A DNA stretch of 53,716 bases, counting the filler, from Circinaria calcarea (taxonomy: Eukaryota): assembly GCA_051942165.1 (NCBI GenBank). It is 3 parts of 3 records of this genome, joined end to end, with 100 filler letters (N's around TTAATTAATTAA, not from the genome) between each part and the next. Parts side by side here need not be neighbours in the genome. Positions count along the whole stretch, not along the records: positions 1 to 17,870 come from JAVECS010000252.1; 2 more parts are not named here. One strand, 5' to 3'. Below, piece after piece: positions 1 through 12,597 of this stretch; position 1 is the stretch's first letter, and each line of letters begins with the position of its first letter. The notes below the pieces were generated by a model. That model had not been told where the DNA came from. It did no database searches and saw only the letters and a list, made by a program, of their open reading frames with translations. The position numbers were made by a program, and so were the translations under genes.

Positions 1-1
1 C

Positions 2-1189
2 ACTGCGTGCAGCGGCGCAACTGGTCGCAATGGCGGCCACACAAAGCATGCATCTTATTTGTCATTTCTCGACAACTGTGATGCATTGGGCAAAGAAGAG
101 GCAGCAAAGATCGCGAGATTCGAGTATAAATGTATGAAAGCCATGCATATTTTTGCCAGGGAACAGGGTATTAAGTGTGATAGCTGGGAGGGCGATACCG
201 TTGACATATTCTATGACGAAGGGAAATGGAGGCTAGCACAGGAAGCCGTACGTCAGATGAAAGGGATACTGGGCGAAACAGACCCCGTGGCGAGTTATAG
301 GTTTTGGAGCTCAGACGAGGCCGAAAAGAAATTTCTCACGCAAGGCGCATTTGCCGCTGTCACATACAAAGCAGGAAGCATCAGTGGGTACAAGCTTGTA
401 ATCGGTATCCTAAAGTTGGCAATCGACAAAGGTCTGAATCTGCAGACGAGAACACCAGCCACGGGGATCAGCAAGAATGAACGAGGGTGGGTTGTCGACA
501 CACCTCGAGGTTCCGTCGAATCCTGTAGAGTTGTACTTGCAACAAATGGATACACAGCCCATCTGTATCCCGCACTGCAAGGGGTTCTCGTACCATTACG
601 AGGTCATATTACAGCTCACAGACCTGGAAGTAACATGCCAAAGGAAGGACTTGCAACAACGTATTCCTTCATCTATGCAGATGGATATGAGTACATGATC
701 CAACGACCGCAAGGTTCTAAGTTCGCCAGTGATATCATTATAGGTGGAGGATTGACCAAGGCGGCAGAAGAGGGACTATATGAGTACGGGACCACGGATG
801 ACACAACCATGGACCCTATAACAATCAGCTATCTTCGAGAAAGTACCCTCCGTTATTTTGGTACGAATTGGGGAGAGGATGATGCTGAAGGTAGGATCCG
901 CTATGAATTCAGTGGAGTCATGGGTTTCGGCGACGGCTACCCGCTCGTCGGCGAGATACCCGGGGAGGACCGCCTGTTTATCGCAGCTTCATTCCAAGGC
1001 CACGGCATGGTATTATGCATGCTATCTGCGAAGGCTTTGGTGGAAATTATGAACGGTGAAAGGGGAAACGACGTTTGTGAATGGTTTCCGAAACCTTTTC
1101 GCATGAGTGAAGAAAGATTAAAACACAAGTTCCAAGGAAGACTACACACGAAAGTACTCTATAAATCGGGTAACGAAAGCCAGCTATAA
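2..1189 (+). CDS. FAD-dependent oxidoreductase (DAO/glycine oxidase-like family), 5' end outside window
   Basis: Frame open from base 2: CSGATGRNGGH, VVLATNGYT, LRGHITA, GVMGF..DGYPLVG and FQGHGM motifs typical of fungal DAO-family oxidoreductases; stop TAA at 1187-1189. Confidence 0.88.
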   Translation, partial: TACSGATGRNGGHTKHASYLSFLDNCDALGKEEAAKIARFEYKCMKAMHIFAREQGIKCDSWEGDTVDIFYDEGKWRLAQEAVRQMKGILGETDPVASYRFWSSDEAEKKFLTQGAFAAVTYKAGSISGYKLVIGILKLAIDKGLNLQTRTPATGISKNERGWVVDTPRGSVESCRVVLATNGYTAHLYPALQGVLVPLRGHITAHRPGSNMPKEGLATTYSFIYADGYEYMIQRPQGSKFASDIIIGGGLTKAAEEGLYEYGTTDDTTMDPITISYLRESTLRYFGTNWGEDDAEGRIRYEFSGVMGFGDGYPLVGEIPGEDRLFIAASFQGHGMVLCMLSAKALVEIMNGERGNDVCEWFPKPFRMSEERLKHKFQGRLHTKVLYKSGNESQL

Positions 1190-1398
1190 GCGTCTGTGGT
1201 CTGTCTATGTGAAAAACTTTTTTTTGGGAGGAATCGCTGGTCGACCATCTTACAGTATGCTCAAGTGGTAGAGCATGTATTGAGTCTGCCGCCTCCCTTC
1301 GTACCATATGTTCATCTTCGACTTATAGTAGACCAGTCGTGTTGGGCGGCATCGATTTCACCTCAATAGGTCAACGAATTCGACTTCCTGTGAGGCAA

Positions 1399-1731
1399 TC
1401 AGCACCAGCCACAATTGTTGGAACCGGGGATAAAAGTACCCGAGTCACGCTGATCCTTAGAATCGCCGTTCATACCGTCCAACGCTTTGCTGTATCTTTG
1501 GAGGTCATGCTTCACATTGCGAGCTCGAAGAGATGGGTCTTGTTGTTGTCCGATAAGAAAGGCCTGATATTGATCATAACCTCCTTTGAACTGACTCATC
1601 GAGTATGCGGTTGATGGGTTGTGGAGAAAATGTTGTCTGCCATCCTGGCTATTGGAGTTGGTTCTGTGGTTACGATCAGAAAAGAAAATGATAGCTGACG
1701 AACAGCCACGGAAGGGAAGATCTTACGCCAT
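1399..1731 (-). CDS. Small hypothetical protein, paralogue 1 of a four-copy local family (89 aa)
   Basis: ATGGC|GTAAGA micro-exon 1727-1731, intron 1664-1726 ending CAG, exon 2 1399-1663 in frame: MATNSNSQDGRQHFLHNPSTAYSMSQFKGGYDQYQAFLIGQQQDPSLRARNVKHDLQRYSKALDGM...CGWC*. Shares DQYxAFLIGQQQ with the copy at 6351. Confidence 0.7.
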
Positions 1732-4700
1732 AGCTTAATATGATTGGGGCAATGGTGATCTTATCAGCCCTGAAGATTATCATACCGTAGCCTGTCTAGA
1801 AGAGAAGAGGGATGGTGAAGTTCTCTGGTTACTACCCTCATACTTATATACAATCGGACCTTCGCAGCTGGGGATGAAACGATAGGAGATAAATATACTC
1901 AAACTCCTCATAATGACCAGGTCATCAATCATAAAGCTGATTGACTGCTACTGCGATAGTATGCCTTTTCTTGCTCGTCTGCGATACTACTTGGGCCTAG
2001 TGTGGTTTGGCGAACTCGCATCCATCGCATGTCAGGATGTGGAACCTAAAACAGTACGCAGCATCCTTGACGGCTGTCAACTTGCTGCAGAAGAAACTCC
2101 TGGTAGGCCAGATTGTGGAAAGGTCTTTGCCTTACCCAGCTGCAACATTGAGAATGTGCAGGGTTGGGTGCGCAATCCAGTGAAGCGGTGGACCTCTCTG
2201 GCCCACGGCCAGCAGGAGAACCACCAACCCATGCCGCCTCCTTGCTCCCAGTTCTCCGACATCCCATCTTCCAGGTACCAATCGTTGTCGGACAATTCCA
2301 TAGCTACCTAAGTACAAGCATCTCCGCCTTCCGTACCTTTTCGTCGCATCATTGCTATTTTCCATAGTTGTCACTCTTATTGGCTACAGTTGCTGGACTA
2401 ATCATGAGCATCCGCCCCCTTGGCCCAGGGAGCTGGCAAAGGATGAAGAGTTCACGAGGTAGATCGGGCATTATCAAGACGGATCATTGCGATGGGATGT
2501 TGAGACAGTCCAAGGATACATGGAGTACCTTTTCCACCGAACGTCGAGGGAAATAACAAAGCGTAGACAGATCTTCGGCGAAATTGTCGCAACTGTTAGC
2601 TACCTTGAGCGTGGATCTGTCCCTACGAAATTGGTATCACGATCTTCGTCGAAGTCAGAATCCACTGGGATGAATTCCTTCCACTAGCCGTGTTGCAAAT
2701 TGAACGAGTTTTGTGGAGGAAAACAACATCTGAAAAGTGCGGTCAACCTTGACCAGTCGATTGAATCCTGTGGCCGCCCCCGCTTCCGAATTCGGGAAAT
2801 AAACCGATAAGGATGTGGAATTGTCCAGAGTATTGATTTTCTTCACCGCAAACGATGGTACTCGAGGATCGAGCTACGCTGTGCATGGACGGATCAGCAT
2901 GCAGTCGTAAGTGCGCCTCGTGGAGCGGCATGCGGGATTTTAGGTTTCTCGCCCACGTGGAGTCTTTGTCGGAGCCTTAAATTGATTGCGCTACCAAGCT
3001 GCTGCTCGTGTGAAACAATCATCGGATAGATGGAAATCGATACCGAACTTGACACAGCTTGAGCATTTGAAAAGCTGGCGTCGGTGGGGGTGCCGCAGCC
3101 TAGCATGTGCTTCAAGATCTTGTAGGGGCCGGTGAGCAGTTTCAGTGATCGTCAGGGATGTCAAACTGACCTTGCTTTCACGCCATATTAACTGTTGGTT
3201 AGACGTTTGACTGACTCAAGTGTCAAACTTGCAGCTCGATACAACGGCAGCAGATCATTTATGTTAGGTCCTACATGAACGCATAGGATCGAGGGAGGAG
3301 GAGGCGGAGGAAGAGAAAGCGGAGGAGGAGCAGGCAAAGGAGGAAGGGCACAGAAGCAGCATGAGCAAACCCCAAATCGACTAAGCGTGGCGTGTGTGCG
3401 AGAGAAAAAGACTTGACAGGAATCCGGAGATCGTCAAAGTCAAAGTCCGGCTCTGGCAAAGCCCATAGTAAAGCATTGCCTACGAAGTTATTTGCTTACA
3501 CGAAGCCGCAAAGTTACGGAAGGAAGGGGACGAGACAAATGATAAACTAGACTTGTTGAATTTCCTAGTCTCGGATCGAGGTTAACGTTGTCCTTACTGA
3601 AATGTAATACCAAATCGAGCAGGCTAAAGCGCGAGCTCATGTCTTATATGCTTGGTACCATACAGACCCTACAGTGAACAATCTCAGCCATGTCTGAAGA
3701 CGCTGTCAGAGTTCTTGCCTAGTGTGTGAGGCGAAGCTGACAATCATGTTATGTTGGAGAAAGCACTCTGTACTGGAACCACCTTGTCTGCTTTGCAACA
3801 AACTGAGGGATAAAGGTGGTGCGGTGTAGTTTCACACACGTGGCTCCTACCCATTATGCATCTTGTCTACATACGGATTGCCCACCTTCTCCTTTTAGGC
3901 CTACAGGGAACTTGCTGTCACTGGGCTTGGCTATGATCAACGCTTCTGATACGCAAGGTATTCTACCGTGAGGCTTCGCGCGAATGTTCTGGCGTCAGTC
4001 GATGGCTGCTTACTGTGCCTGACGCCCTGCCTCAAATCCGTTCGAACTATTCCAGGGATGGTAATGCCGTGCAACTCGACAGCATGATCTAATTATGCCG
4101 CAAAACCTGACACCCAGCATCATGCCACAACATTGAGATGGACGTTGGCACCCTTCGGATCCGTACCATTCATCATGAGTGGTCCGTGTTTGGTTATTTG
4201 ATGGAGGTCTATTTAGGACTGCTACTGTAACTCCGGACTGGCGATCGAGATCCTCTTTGCAATGTCCTGAGACCGCACTTTCCATAACGGTCACAGGCTT
4301 GGGGCTCGGAACTAATCGATACGGCCGTTACAAGGATGCAAGTCCAACAATCAGAAATCGGCCCGGATCTCGGATCTCATCATGCTACTCCGTACCAACA
4401 ATGGTATATCCTTGTTGCTTATGACCCAGCTACATAGTAGCGACTATCTGTGTGCTTGCCATTCTATACCGGGGCGTAGATCAATGCATAACTCGGTCGG
4501 TTCGCCGAACGTACCGATCCAGATTTTCCATTAACAAGAGCCGCCCGCGCTATAAAAGGGTAGGGTAGGGATTGGTATTCGCAAGGGGCTCTATTGATAT
4601 CCCTTCACACGTGTGTTACCGACGCAGCGGTTTGCTTAGATCCCTGTTCCTAGTCTGCCGTTACCCTAAATATTTAGTCTCGTCTGGACACCTTGAGGCT

Positions 4701-6350
4701 TAAAATCCTCCTGTCCTTCTGATGAATGCTACCCAAGATTTCTACTAACAGTTATTGCTGCGTAATATCTATTCATGCTATGTTTGGCTTCTTTCGAGCC
4801 AGATCATGCCTGGATGAAGCGCAACATGCGGCAATGACTCGAAATGCAAGGACTGGTAATTCCCTCAACTGACCTGGGATGGGATGGCCAACACAGAGTT
4901 TCACCTGACTTACAGGCTACAGCTGTCCTTGCCCTCAGCTGCTATTGCTACGATGCATTCATAGTACAGAAATGACTCTACTCGGTATGCTTACTTTCGC
5001 ACCAGATCATTGTTCATGCGCACCAATCAGATGGCAATTCACCCGCAGCCGGCGCTCGAAATCCCACTCTTATCTTCCGATGGACCACACCCTAATCTCC
5101 TATGCAAGGTCCGCGCATCCATTTGGACCTTCGCCGTCATGGCTGCATCAATGCTGATTCTGGTATGCGCTGGGATTGCACACATTACTTTCCCCGGCTT
5201 CTTTCCTGCTTCCTTCCGGCTTCCTAGCCCTTGCCATTAATCCCATGAAATATTCTGCGTACAAGCGCACCGTGTCACTCGAGCTTAAGTATCCCTTCCC
5301 CGTTTCTAGCTTTTACATAATGAGATTGGAGCGGAAGCCGGATGATACGAATCGTCGATCCCACCCCCGGGACATTCGGCTTCGATTTCTCGAAAATTTA
5401 ACATTTAGATAACGCAGGAAAATGTGAAACTGCATATTGAAATCTCAGCCGAACTTAATAGCCAGCATTGCGGGGATCATGGGGTCGAATCATCGATTTT
5501 CGTCCAGAGGATATGATTCAACTTGGCCAGCCTCGGCCCTTGCAATGGGTTTGATGCGCAGGGATGAACCGGGACATCGGGGTTAGGATAGGATTCAATG
5601 GCAAACAAATGCAGTGCAACACAATGTTTCCTTTGTTGGATAAAACCACCAGTTAGTGGCAATAACCGTTCAGTAAGTTGTTCATTTACGTACGAACGCT
5701 GTCCCTTTTGAGCTAGCCATGGACTCTTTTCTAGGCGCTTCGCTTTACCCGATTGTGCTATCTATGGCTTGAGTGGCGAACACTTTGGTCTAGATAAGCT
5801 TAATATGGATGCGAATATCGAAAGAGGAGTACAAGATACTCTCCATCTAAGTTATCTCTCCCGAGCAGCTGATAGCAGGAGTCGCATGGGAAATATTTAT
5901 AGCTAATCAGCATAAAAGCAGAGTGTATTACATTAGTTCAAGAATGGAGCCATTATTAAACACGCACTATTATATAAAGATTGACATATGAGCTATATAG
6001 TTGAGTTATAATCGAATGGAAGATACGCCGGCTAAACATACTCAAACGCCTAGCACGACAGCGACAGCCAATTCGTCAGATGCAAGGAATTCTTTGAATG
6101 GATATATTGCCAATCGGGGAAGAGAGGCCACTTCACTAAACTAAACAGGAGTGGAAGAGGCTATAGACGAAATGAGAGATCGAAGACACTGTCGAGGTGA
6201 ATACGCCAATTCCATGTTCGTCAAAGGAGAGAAGCAGATACGCAATCCAAAGTGGGCCTGTTCACCACGATCGATTCATAACAGGCTTCAGATTTTCTGC
6301 TTTCCTAACGCAACGTTAGTAAGGCTAGGCAAGTATCTCCGCCGAATTGG

Positions 6351-6672
6351 TTAACCAAAAGAACCTTCACCATTACCCTTTCCGCCTCCGCTCATCCGCC
6401 TCCACTCCTCTTCCCACTGTTCAGTTTCTCGAACCGTGGCTAGGGTTCTTTGGGGATGCTCTTGTTGTTGGCCAATGAGAAAGGCACGATACTGATCAGC
6501 CTCGGCGTAATACTGCTGCATAGCTAGGTTCCCTTGGGGGTCATTCCTTGTCTTCTGGGTAGTGTTTTGAGGATTCGAACCAGTACTGTTGCGGACGGAG
6601 CAAGAGTCAGTACAGTGAAATAGGCTGCGGATTCCGGGAACTACGCAATGAAAAGCGGGGATCTTACGCCAT
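6351..6672 (-). CDS. Small hypothetical protein, paralogue 2 (79 aa), absent from the ORF track
   Basis: ATGGC|GTAAGA exon 6668-6672, intron 6586-6667 with CTGAC branch site and CAG acceptor, exon 2 6351-6585: MATGSNPQNTTQKTRNDPQGNLAMQQYYAEADQYRAFLIGQQQEHPQRTLATVRETEQWEEEWRRMSGGGKGNGEGSFG*. Confidence 0.78.
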
Positions 6673-9600
6673 GGTGCGGATTCTCAAAAGCACAAAAGTT
6701 TCACGTCTGTGAAGTAAGAAGGTCTTGCTGAGTCGGCGAAATGCGAGAGTAGATATCTAAGATGACTCGTTGCAGTATTCTAATTCAAAGGTTGGCGTTG
6801 CTCCCAAAGATTTCTCAGGAGTAGGGTCTATTAATCCCCTTTCCAGATGTCTTGTTGAATTAACAGCAAGGTAAGCGACTGTCACGTCACAGTTGGCTTA
6901 GGGCCTTTGAGCCCATACTGTGGCAAGCTCGACCCGCCAATATGTCATACGCATATACAGAAACCTAGATCCCTGTTACCATATGTGTCACCCCGCAGTG
7001 TGGGCTTGTTAACAGAAGCCTAGGTAATTGGATCCGAGGATTGTGTCAAAGAGCACAGGTTGAGTACCTATGAGTGGCTAATCCGTATAGTGGCCCATGC
7101 TTCCTTGTCCCACCTAGTAACCAGATTCATCACAGAGGAAACATGGCACGGTTCGTCCAATGGAAAATAGACGACAAGGTGATAATAGGATGTCTAACGA
7201 AGGGATGTTCCAGATACGTACAATCCTAGAAGATGATTTCATCCTTGTGCAACACAGACAAAGACTGTGGTCAGTGTACGGTTTAAAGGCAGGGGCAGAA
7301 CAACTTGCATGAGCCGTGGGCTCAACATCCTGAGTCCTGTCACCGAATAGGATCGCGGTGGAATGTGACAACAGGGGCATAACGCAAATCACACGATACA
7401 CATGACAAGGAAATTGCGGACGCAGCCACGACGTGTACATTGGAGTGGCCTTATAGGGTTAGTCACCTTGCATGATATATTGACGCTGGTTCAACCTATC
7501 AGCACTAGTAAGTCATCAGCTCTGCACGCGCATGCCCTGATAAGTGCTGCTAGAGTCAACGATTAGAGGAATCCACAAGGAATCAATAAAGGATCAATAC
7601 GATGGAGATTCGGAGGGCAGTAGAATGTGGGAAGACTATTGATTGAAGCGCGATACCACCACGCTAGTAGCAGGGGCTAGCTTATCGTACCGGAGCTTTC
7701 CACCCGCGTTGCAAGGATCATCGAACTTCTAGAATCACTCGATGAACTGGGTATCAAACAGGCCTGCCCCTGTACATGACCTTGTATCGTTAACGAGTTG
7801 CGCCCCATTCAAAACCCCAGATAGACTTAATCTAAGTCTTGGAGATAGACTTCGTGTGAGTGCAGATCCAGTGTTACCATAGAGAGACTGATTGTCTCAC
7901 CTGCTAACACGAGATGACCTTTCAGAGGCAGAAAGTGACGGAATTCGCTTGCCCTTCCTACATCGAGAATAGATCTTGTACCAGTTTATTTTAAGAGTGT
8001 CGTTGTGACTATGATAGCTTACACAGTGGTGCTTGTGCGACGGTAGCAACGTACCTGCTCCCGGCTCAAATGTGCATTTGAACAAAGGATGGAGTTTGAT
8101 AGGACAACTCTGGCGTTACGTTATGTCTGCCGTTAACTTTAATTTACCAGGGGACAACCTGGCCAGGGCTAAAGTAGGTGTAGTTCTAGCGCATATTTAA
8201 ACTTCTTCTTTGGAAACACGGGATATCCCTGCTAATGCTTATGCCACATAGGTTGGAAACTAGCCGCTTGCCAAGTCTAAGTTTGGAAGCTGGATGCTGA
8301 TCCACTTCCCCGGCTTTAGTCTCCCTACGAGGCTTTAAGCTTACGAGTACATTGTGGAAAGCAGGACCATCGGATGGTTACATGTTCTCTCCCGCCAGGT
8401 GTGTCCTCTGGAACCCGTCCAGTAAATGGCTTGCATACTCATGCAAGCCACTAAGTCACCCGGAAATTAGGCCCACGGTCGATTGACCTCCTTTTGTGTA
8501 CGGAGTACTCGAAAGCCTACAGGCTTGCCGCAGTTAGGCGGCCGAGAGAAGCTTTGGCGGTCGATCCGAGTACACGTCAGTGCTGAACACCGGAGTAATC
8601 CTTGTCTCATTCCGCGTCTTGAGTGAGTCTGTACCGTTCGCTGAACGGTGTTACACAGCAGGATGGAGGCAGCGTAATCACGCATGCCTCGTCATCTTCG
8701 CTACTACGATCCCACTGAGGCTCTGTCGCAGATGCAATATTTGAACCAATTGACCGGAGGGTATAATTAGCCATTGAAGGAGCTCGTCCCGAACAGGAAT
8801 TGTAGGATAGATAGTATACCAATTGTGGTTCAGCTCTTGTCAACGAGATCTGCCAAGACTGTCGGGGAGCGGCGGAACTATTAAACCGAACCCCGGCTGT
8901 GGCTATCTCATATCTTTCCGGGAAGGAAAGGCTTTGGACTTCATCCAACTAAGGAGAAGTGTCATCGAAACTGTAAGGAAAGGATAGCGTTGTCTTGTAT
9001 CCTCATACCGATCCATCCTGATCGTGAATAAGATGTACAACTCTTCCAAGTAGGACCATCCAATATTTTTGAGGGCAGGCTTATTATGAACACATCCCCA
9101 TCAGCCTTTCAGACACTCGATAGGTAGAGCACCAACGTTGGGAATAGGGGTTCTTATCCTGATTTCTAGTAGAAGTGGTGGTTAATCAAGCTAAGAGCTT
9201 TCAAACCAGACCTGGAAAAAGATTTTTAATCCAGTATTCTTACATATCATCAGAGTCATGAAATTCAATCGTCTCCGAAAGGCCATAATCATCTCCATGT
9301 CCATGGGAAACTCAACAGTCGCGCCAGCTCCAACTTAGACTGCTAATGGAAACAAGAACGCAGCCGCAAAATTCTGTTGGACTCGCCAAGCTTATGTGCC
9401 GGAGCGGTATGAAGTCCCATATATAATCTGTATTAGGATAGGAGCTTGTCGGGAGCGGAGTGGTAGTCTGAAGCTCCGCACATGGCATCCCAGATCTGTT
9501 GTTGAATCTCTCACTGCCTCTTCAGTCCGCACAATGTGTCTATTTAGGAAATACTAAAGGTAATCTCCTCGCGACATGCTTTTCGTTGACTCAATCACAT

Positions 9601-9907
9601 CAGGAATCGCAAACGGGTGATTCTCGATATGAGTATTCTTGCTAATGGTAGGATCCTAGCCGTTGCAGGCAGCTACGTTATCACGGGACGGTAAACGGTG
9701 AGTACCATGCTCATATGTCACGATCAAACGTGATAAAGCACTGTGACGATGGCGATCTTCATATATTTCCTCATAACTCCTGTTTATCGTACGAACTTCT
9801 CGGGTCAAAAAAACTCCCAATGCCGTTTACTTCCATATCATTTCAATAGCACTCCCTTCATCTTTCCCACACCAACCACTAAGGCAACGAGTCTCAAAGA
9901 AAATGTT

Positions 9908-10258
9908 TCAGTTACGAGATTGACTCGTTGACGGCAAGTCCTTCGCTGTGCCGGTCTGCGTCATACGCTTCCAATCTTTCTCCCACTGTTCCATCTCGCG
10001 CTTAGAGGTTTCATGCCGAAGAGACAAGTTTTGGTGTTGACCGGCAAATAGGGCACGCTGGTGATCATACTCTGCAAGGTATTGTTGCATGGCGTGGCCA
10101 TCCCGAGTATGGCGGGGTGAAGGTTGGTCGGTATGGACATGACTGTCTTGGTCTATGTTGATCCTACGCAACAGAACTTTAGGTTAGCAAGCCTTACGAA
10201 ACCGGCAAATCGCTAATTTTAAAGCTGTTTATCCAATATGAAAACGCTCTTACGCCAT
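9908..10258 (-). CDS. Small hypothetical protein, paralogue 3 (86 aa)
   Basis: ATGGC|GTAAGA exon 10254-10258, intron 10164-10253 with GCTAAC branch site and TAG acceptor, exon 2 9908-10163: MAINIDQDSHVHTDQPSPRHTRDGHAMQQYLAEYDHQRALFAGQHQNLSLRHETSKREMEQWEKDWKRMTQ... Confidence 0.78.
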
Positions 10259-12258
10259 AATGAGACACTGAGCGCGTGATTCAAAGATAGCCAAGACGTT
10301 AGAGCAGATATGTGGTTTGGTGAACAGGTAAGGCGGACTGGTAAGGTGGACGGCTAGGGTGGATAGGCGTGGTGAATAGGTAAGGTGGAAAGGTAATTTC
10401 GGAGCGGAGGCGAGGCAGCGAGATACTCTTATGGTAGAGAGGCATATAAATTTGGGGACGTCAGGAAACAGGCGGAAGTGAATGGTAAATATAGCGGGAA
10501 AGGAAAGCGAAGGCAGGGGAGTCGTCAAGGCGTAAGCTCACATGAGATAAGATTGGTGATTGGAGGCCGACTCAAAGAAGAAATGGTCAAGAGAAGCGAA
10601 GTATGGAGGGCGTTGGGGAGCTTCTTGTACTTTGCATATATGGTTTGGTGGGTTGATGAGGGAAATTGAACACGAGCCACCATAGTTCGACAGTGGTTTG
10701 CGAGCTTATAGCAATAATCGTGTACGGTAGCGGTGAATAAGTTTGTGGCCCTCTTTGCCCTCCTTCATGGTGGTCTTCATGGGTGCCCTGTTCGGGTATG
10801 GGCGGCTACCGACCTGTTGCTTGGGGAGTGGTGTGAAGAGTCTAAGAGAGTCTTCTTGGCAGAGAGCACAGCCACAATTCGGAGGTTAGCAAAAGTCAAA
10901 TCGAGATTATCCCTTGCAACCGCCCCGCCGTCATTGCGACCCATTCCGGTCTCTTTCTCCCATCGGTCGTGACGACCATGCACTATGTACAGGTGGCGGA
11001 CATTCTAGGCGGGATACCAAACCCATTATTGCCATTAACCCCCCACCGGATTCTTACACCGTAGCAGATGTTACCTTAAAGCCACTGTCACGCTTCCGAT
11101 GAGGCAAGCAGGCTTGGCTCACCCCGGTATAACAGCGTAAGCTCACCGCTTTGATTTACCAAAATAGAGCCTTATCCCGTAGGTTGATCTTTTGCCGGGG
11201 AACAGTAATGGGAAATCCCCGACATTCCTACTATCGTAGGGAACGTATCATGTGCTGCACCTGATTAGTTTTTCTCGCAGCTTTGGAAGCACATCGGCTG
11301 CGGGAGGTCGATCGGGGAGCAAAGTTGAGCAAGAATATAACCGAGAAAAAAGGAAGCAAAGGCACGTTCCCTGTAAATGTCTCTACCACAGCATCATTGG
11401 TGTAACCAAAGAGCCTTTTCCTTAGCCGCATAGTCGACTGTACTCGGTCAAGTCGTACAGAGTGGATTGGTCTGTTGGACATGCCTGCTATTGATTAAAG
11501 CGATCCACCTCGCCTAACTACCAACCGAGCCGTGAAGTCCGTGCGCTATGGCATCCAAGCATTGGTAGCGGCGGGAGCGATCTTCCACGTGTATCGGGGC
11601 CACATTTCAAGCATAATCTTTGACAGATTGCGCCAGCGCCAGCGCTAGGGTCAGCCCCGTTTCACCGTTTCTGGATGCGTGGAAGGCTAGAAAATTTTTT
11701 CCTTGCGCCATTTTGTTCAGATCGGTCATTTTACTCGAATCTTGTGATTATTAGCCCGGACTTGCACCCGTCAGGGGGTGCAGCAAACTACGTGTGATTC
11801 CTACAAGCTTATCAGATCGGACGATGCTTGACGTTCTCGCCCAATCCATCAAAGTACGTCATTTAGGTGGGATGCGCCGCTTCTGAATCCACTGCATGTT
11901 TGAAACGCGTTGCTCCCCTTGATAGCAAGTGCTTACGCCTAAGGAAATGATTAAGATATCTTTTTCGTGTCCGCGTTCGATCGTTTCTTGCGAGCGCCGA
12001 TTTCTTGTTGTTTACTTAAAGCAAAACGCGATTGTAATAACTTTTTCCATGGCCTTTTGTGAGCTTTATCGGTTCATCTTGTCAACGGAATGTATTGCTA
12101 CTTGGCTCACTACTTCTATATATCGTACATCACCACTTTCAAAATCCGCAATACCTTTTGATCGTTAGGAGCCCATATGTGATTCGGCAGATCGCTTCCT
12201 CATCTACGCCAGCAAAGGGAACTTGGACCAAGGCTCCTTCTGCATGGGAAAGACTGTG

Positions 12259-12597
12259 TTACGCAGTATTGGAGCCCCCTGCCTCCGCCATACGCTGCCA
12301 CCCCTGCTCCCATTGCTGTTTCTCATGGGCCGTAAGCTCTGGACGAGACTGATCTTGGGATTGGCCAATGAGAAAAGCGCGGTATCGGTCATGCTCTGCA
12401 TGGAACTGCTGCATGGCAAAACCATCCTTGACATGGTGATCTTCAACAGGTCGTGACGGAGGTTGGTTCATATGGACTTTGTCGTCCTTATTTCTTTTGA
12501 TCCTAAGAGAGCGACATTCATCATTAGCGGCGGTGCAGTGATTTAAGACTATTACTGGAAAACGGAAATTAAGGAAAAAAGAGGGTCCTTACGTCAT
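12259..12597 (-). CDS. Small hypothetical protein, paralogue 4 (82 aa)
   Basis: ATGAC|GTAAGG exon 12593-12597, intron 12503-12592 with GCTAAT branch site and TAG acceptor, exon 2 12259-12502: MTIKRNKDDKVHMNQPPSRPVEDHHVKDGFAMQQFHAEHDRYRAFLIGQSQDQSRPELTAHEKQQWEQGWQRMAEAGGSNTA*. Confidence 0.78.

Noticed and set aside
1900..3480. Short ORFs and a purine-rich tract suggesting a decayed gene
   Set aside because: No recognisable domain or consistent splice model in any frame.
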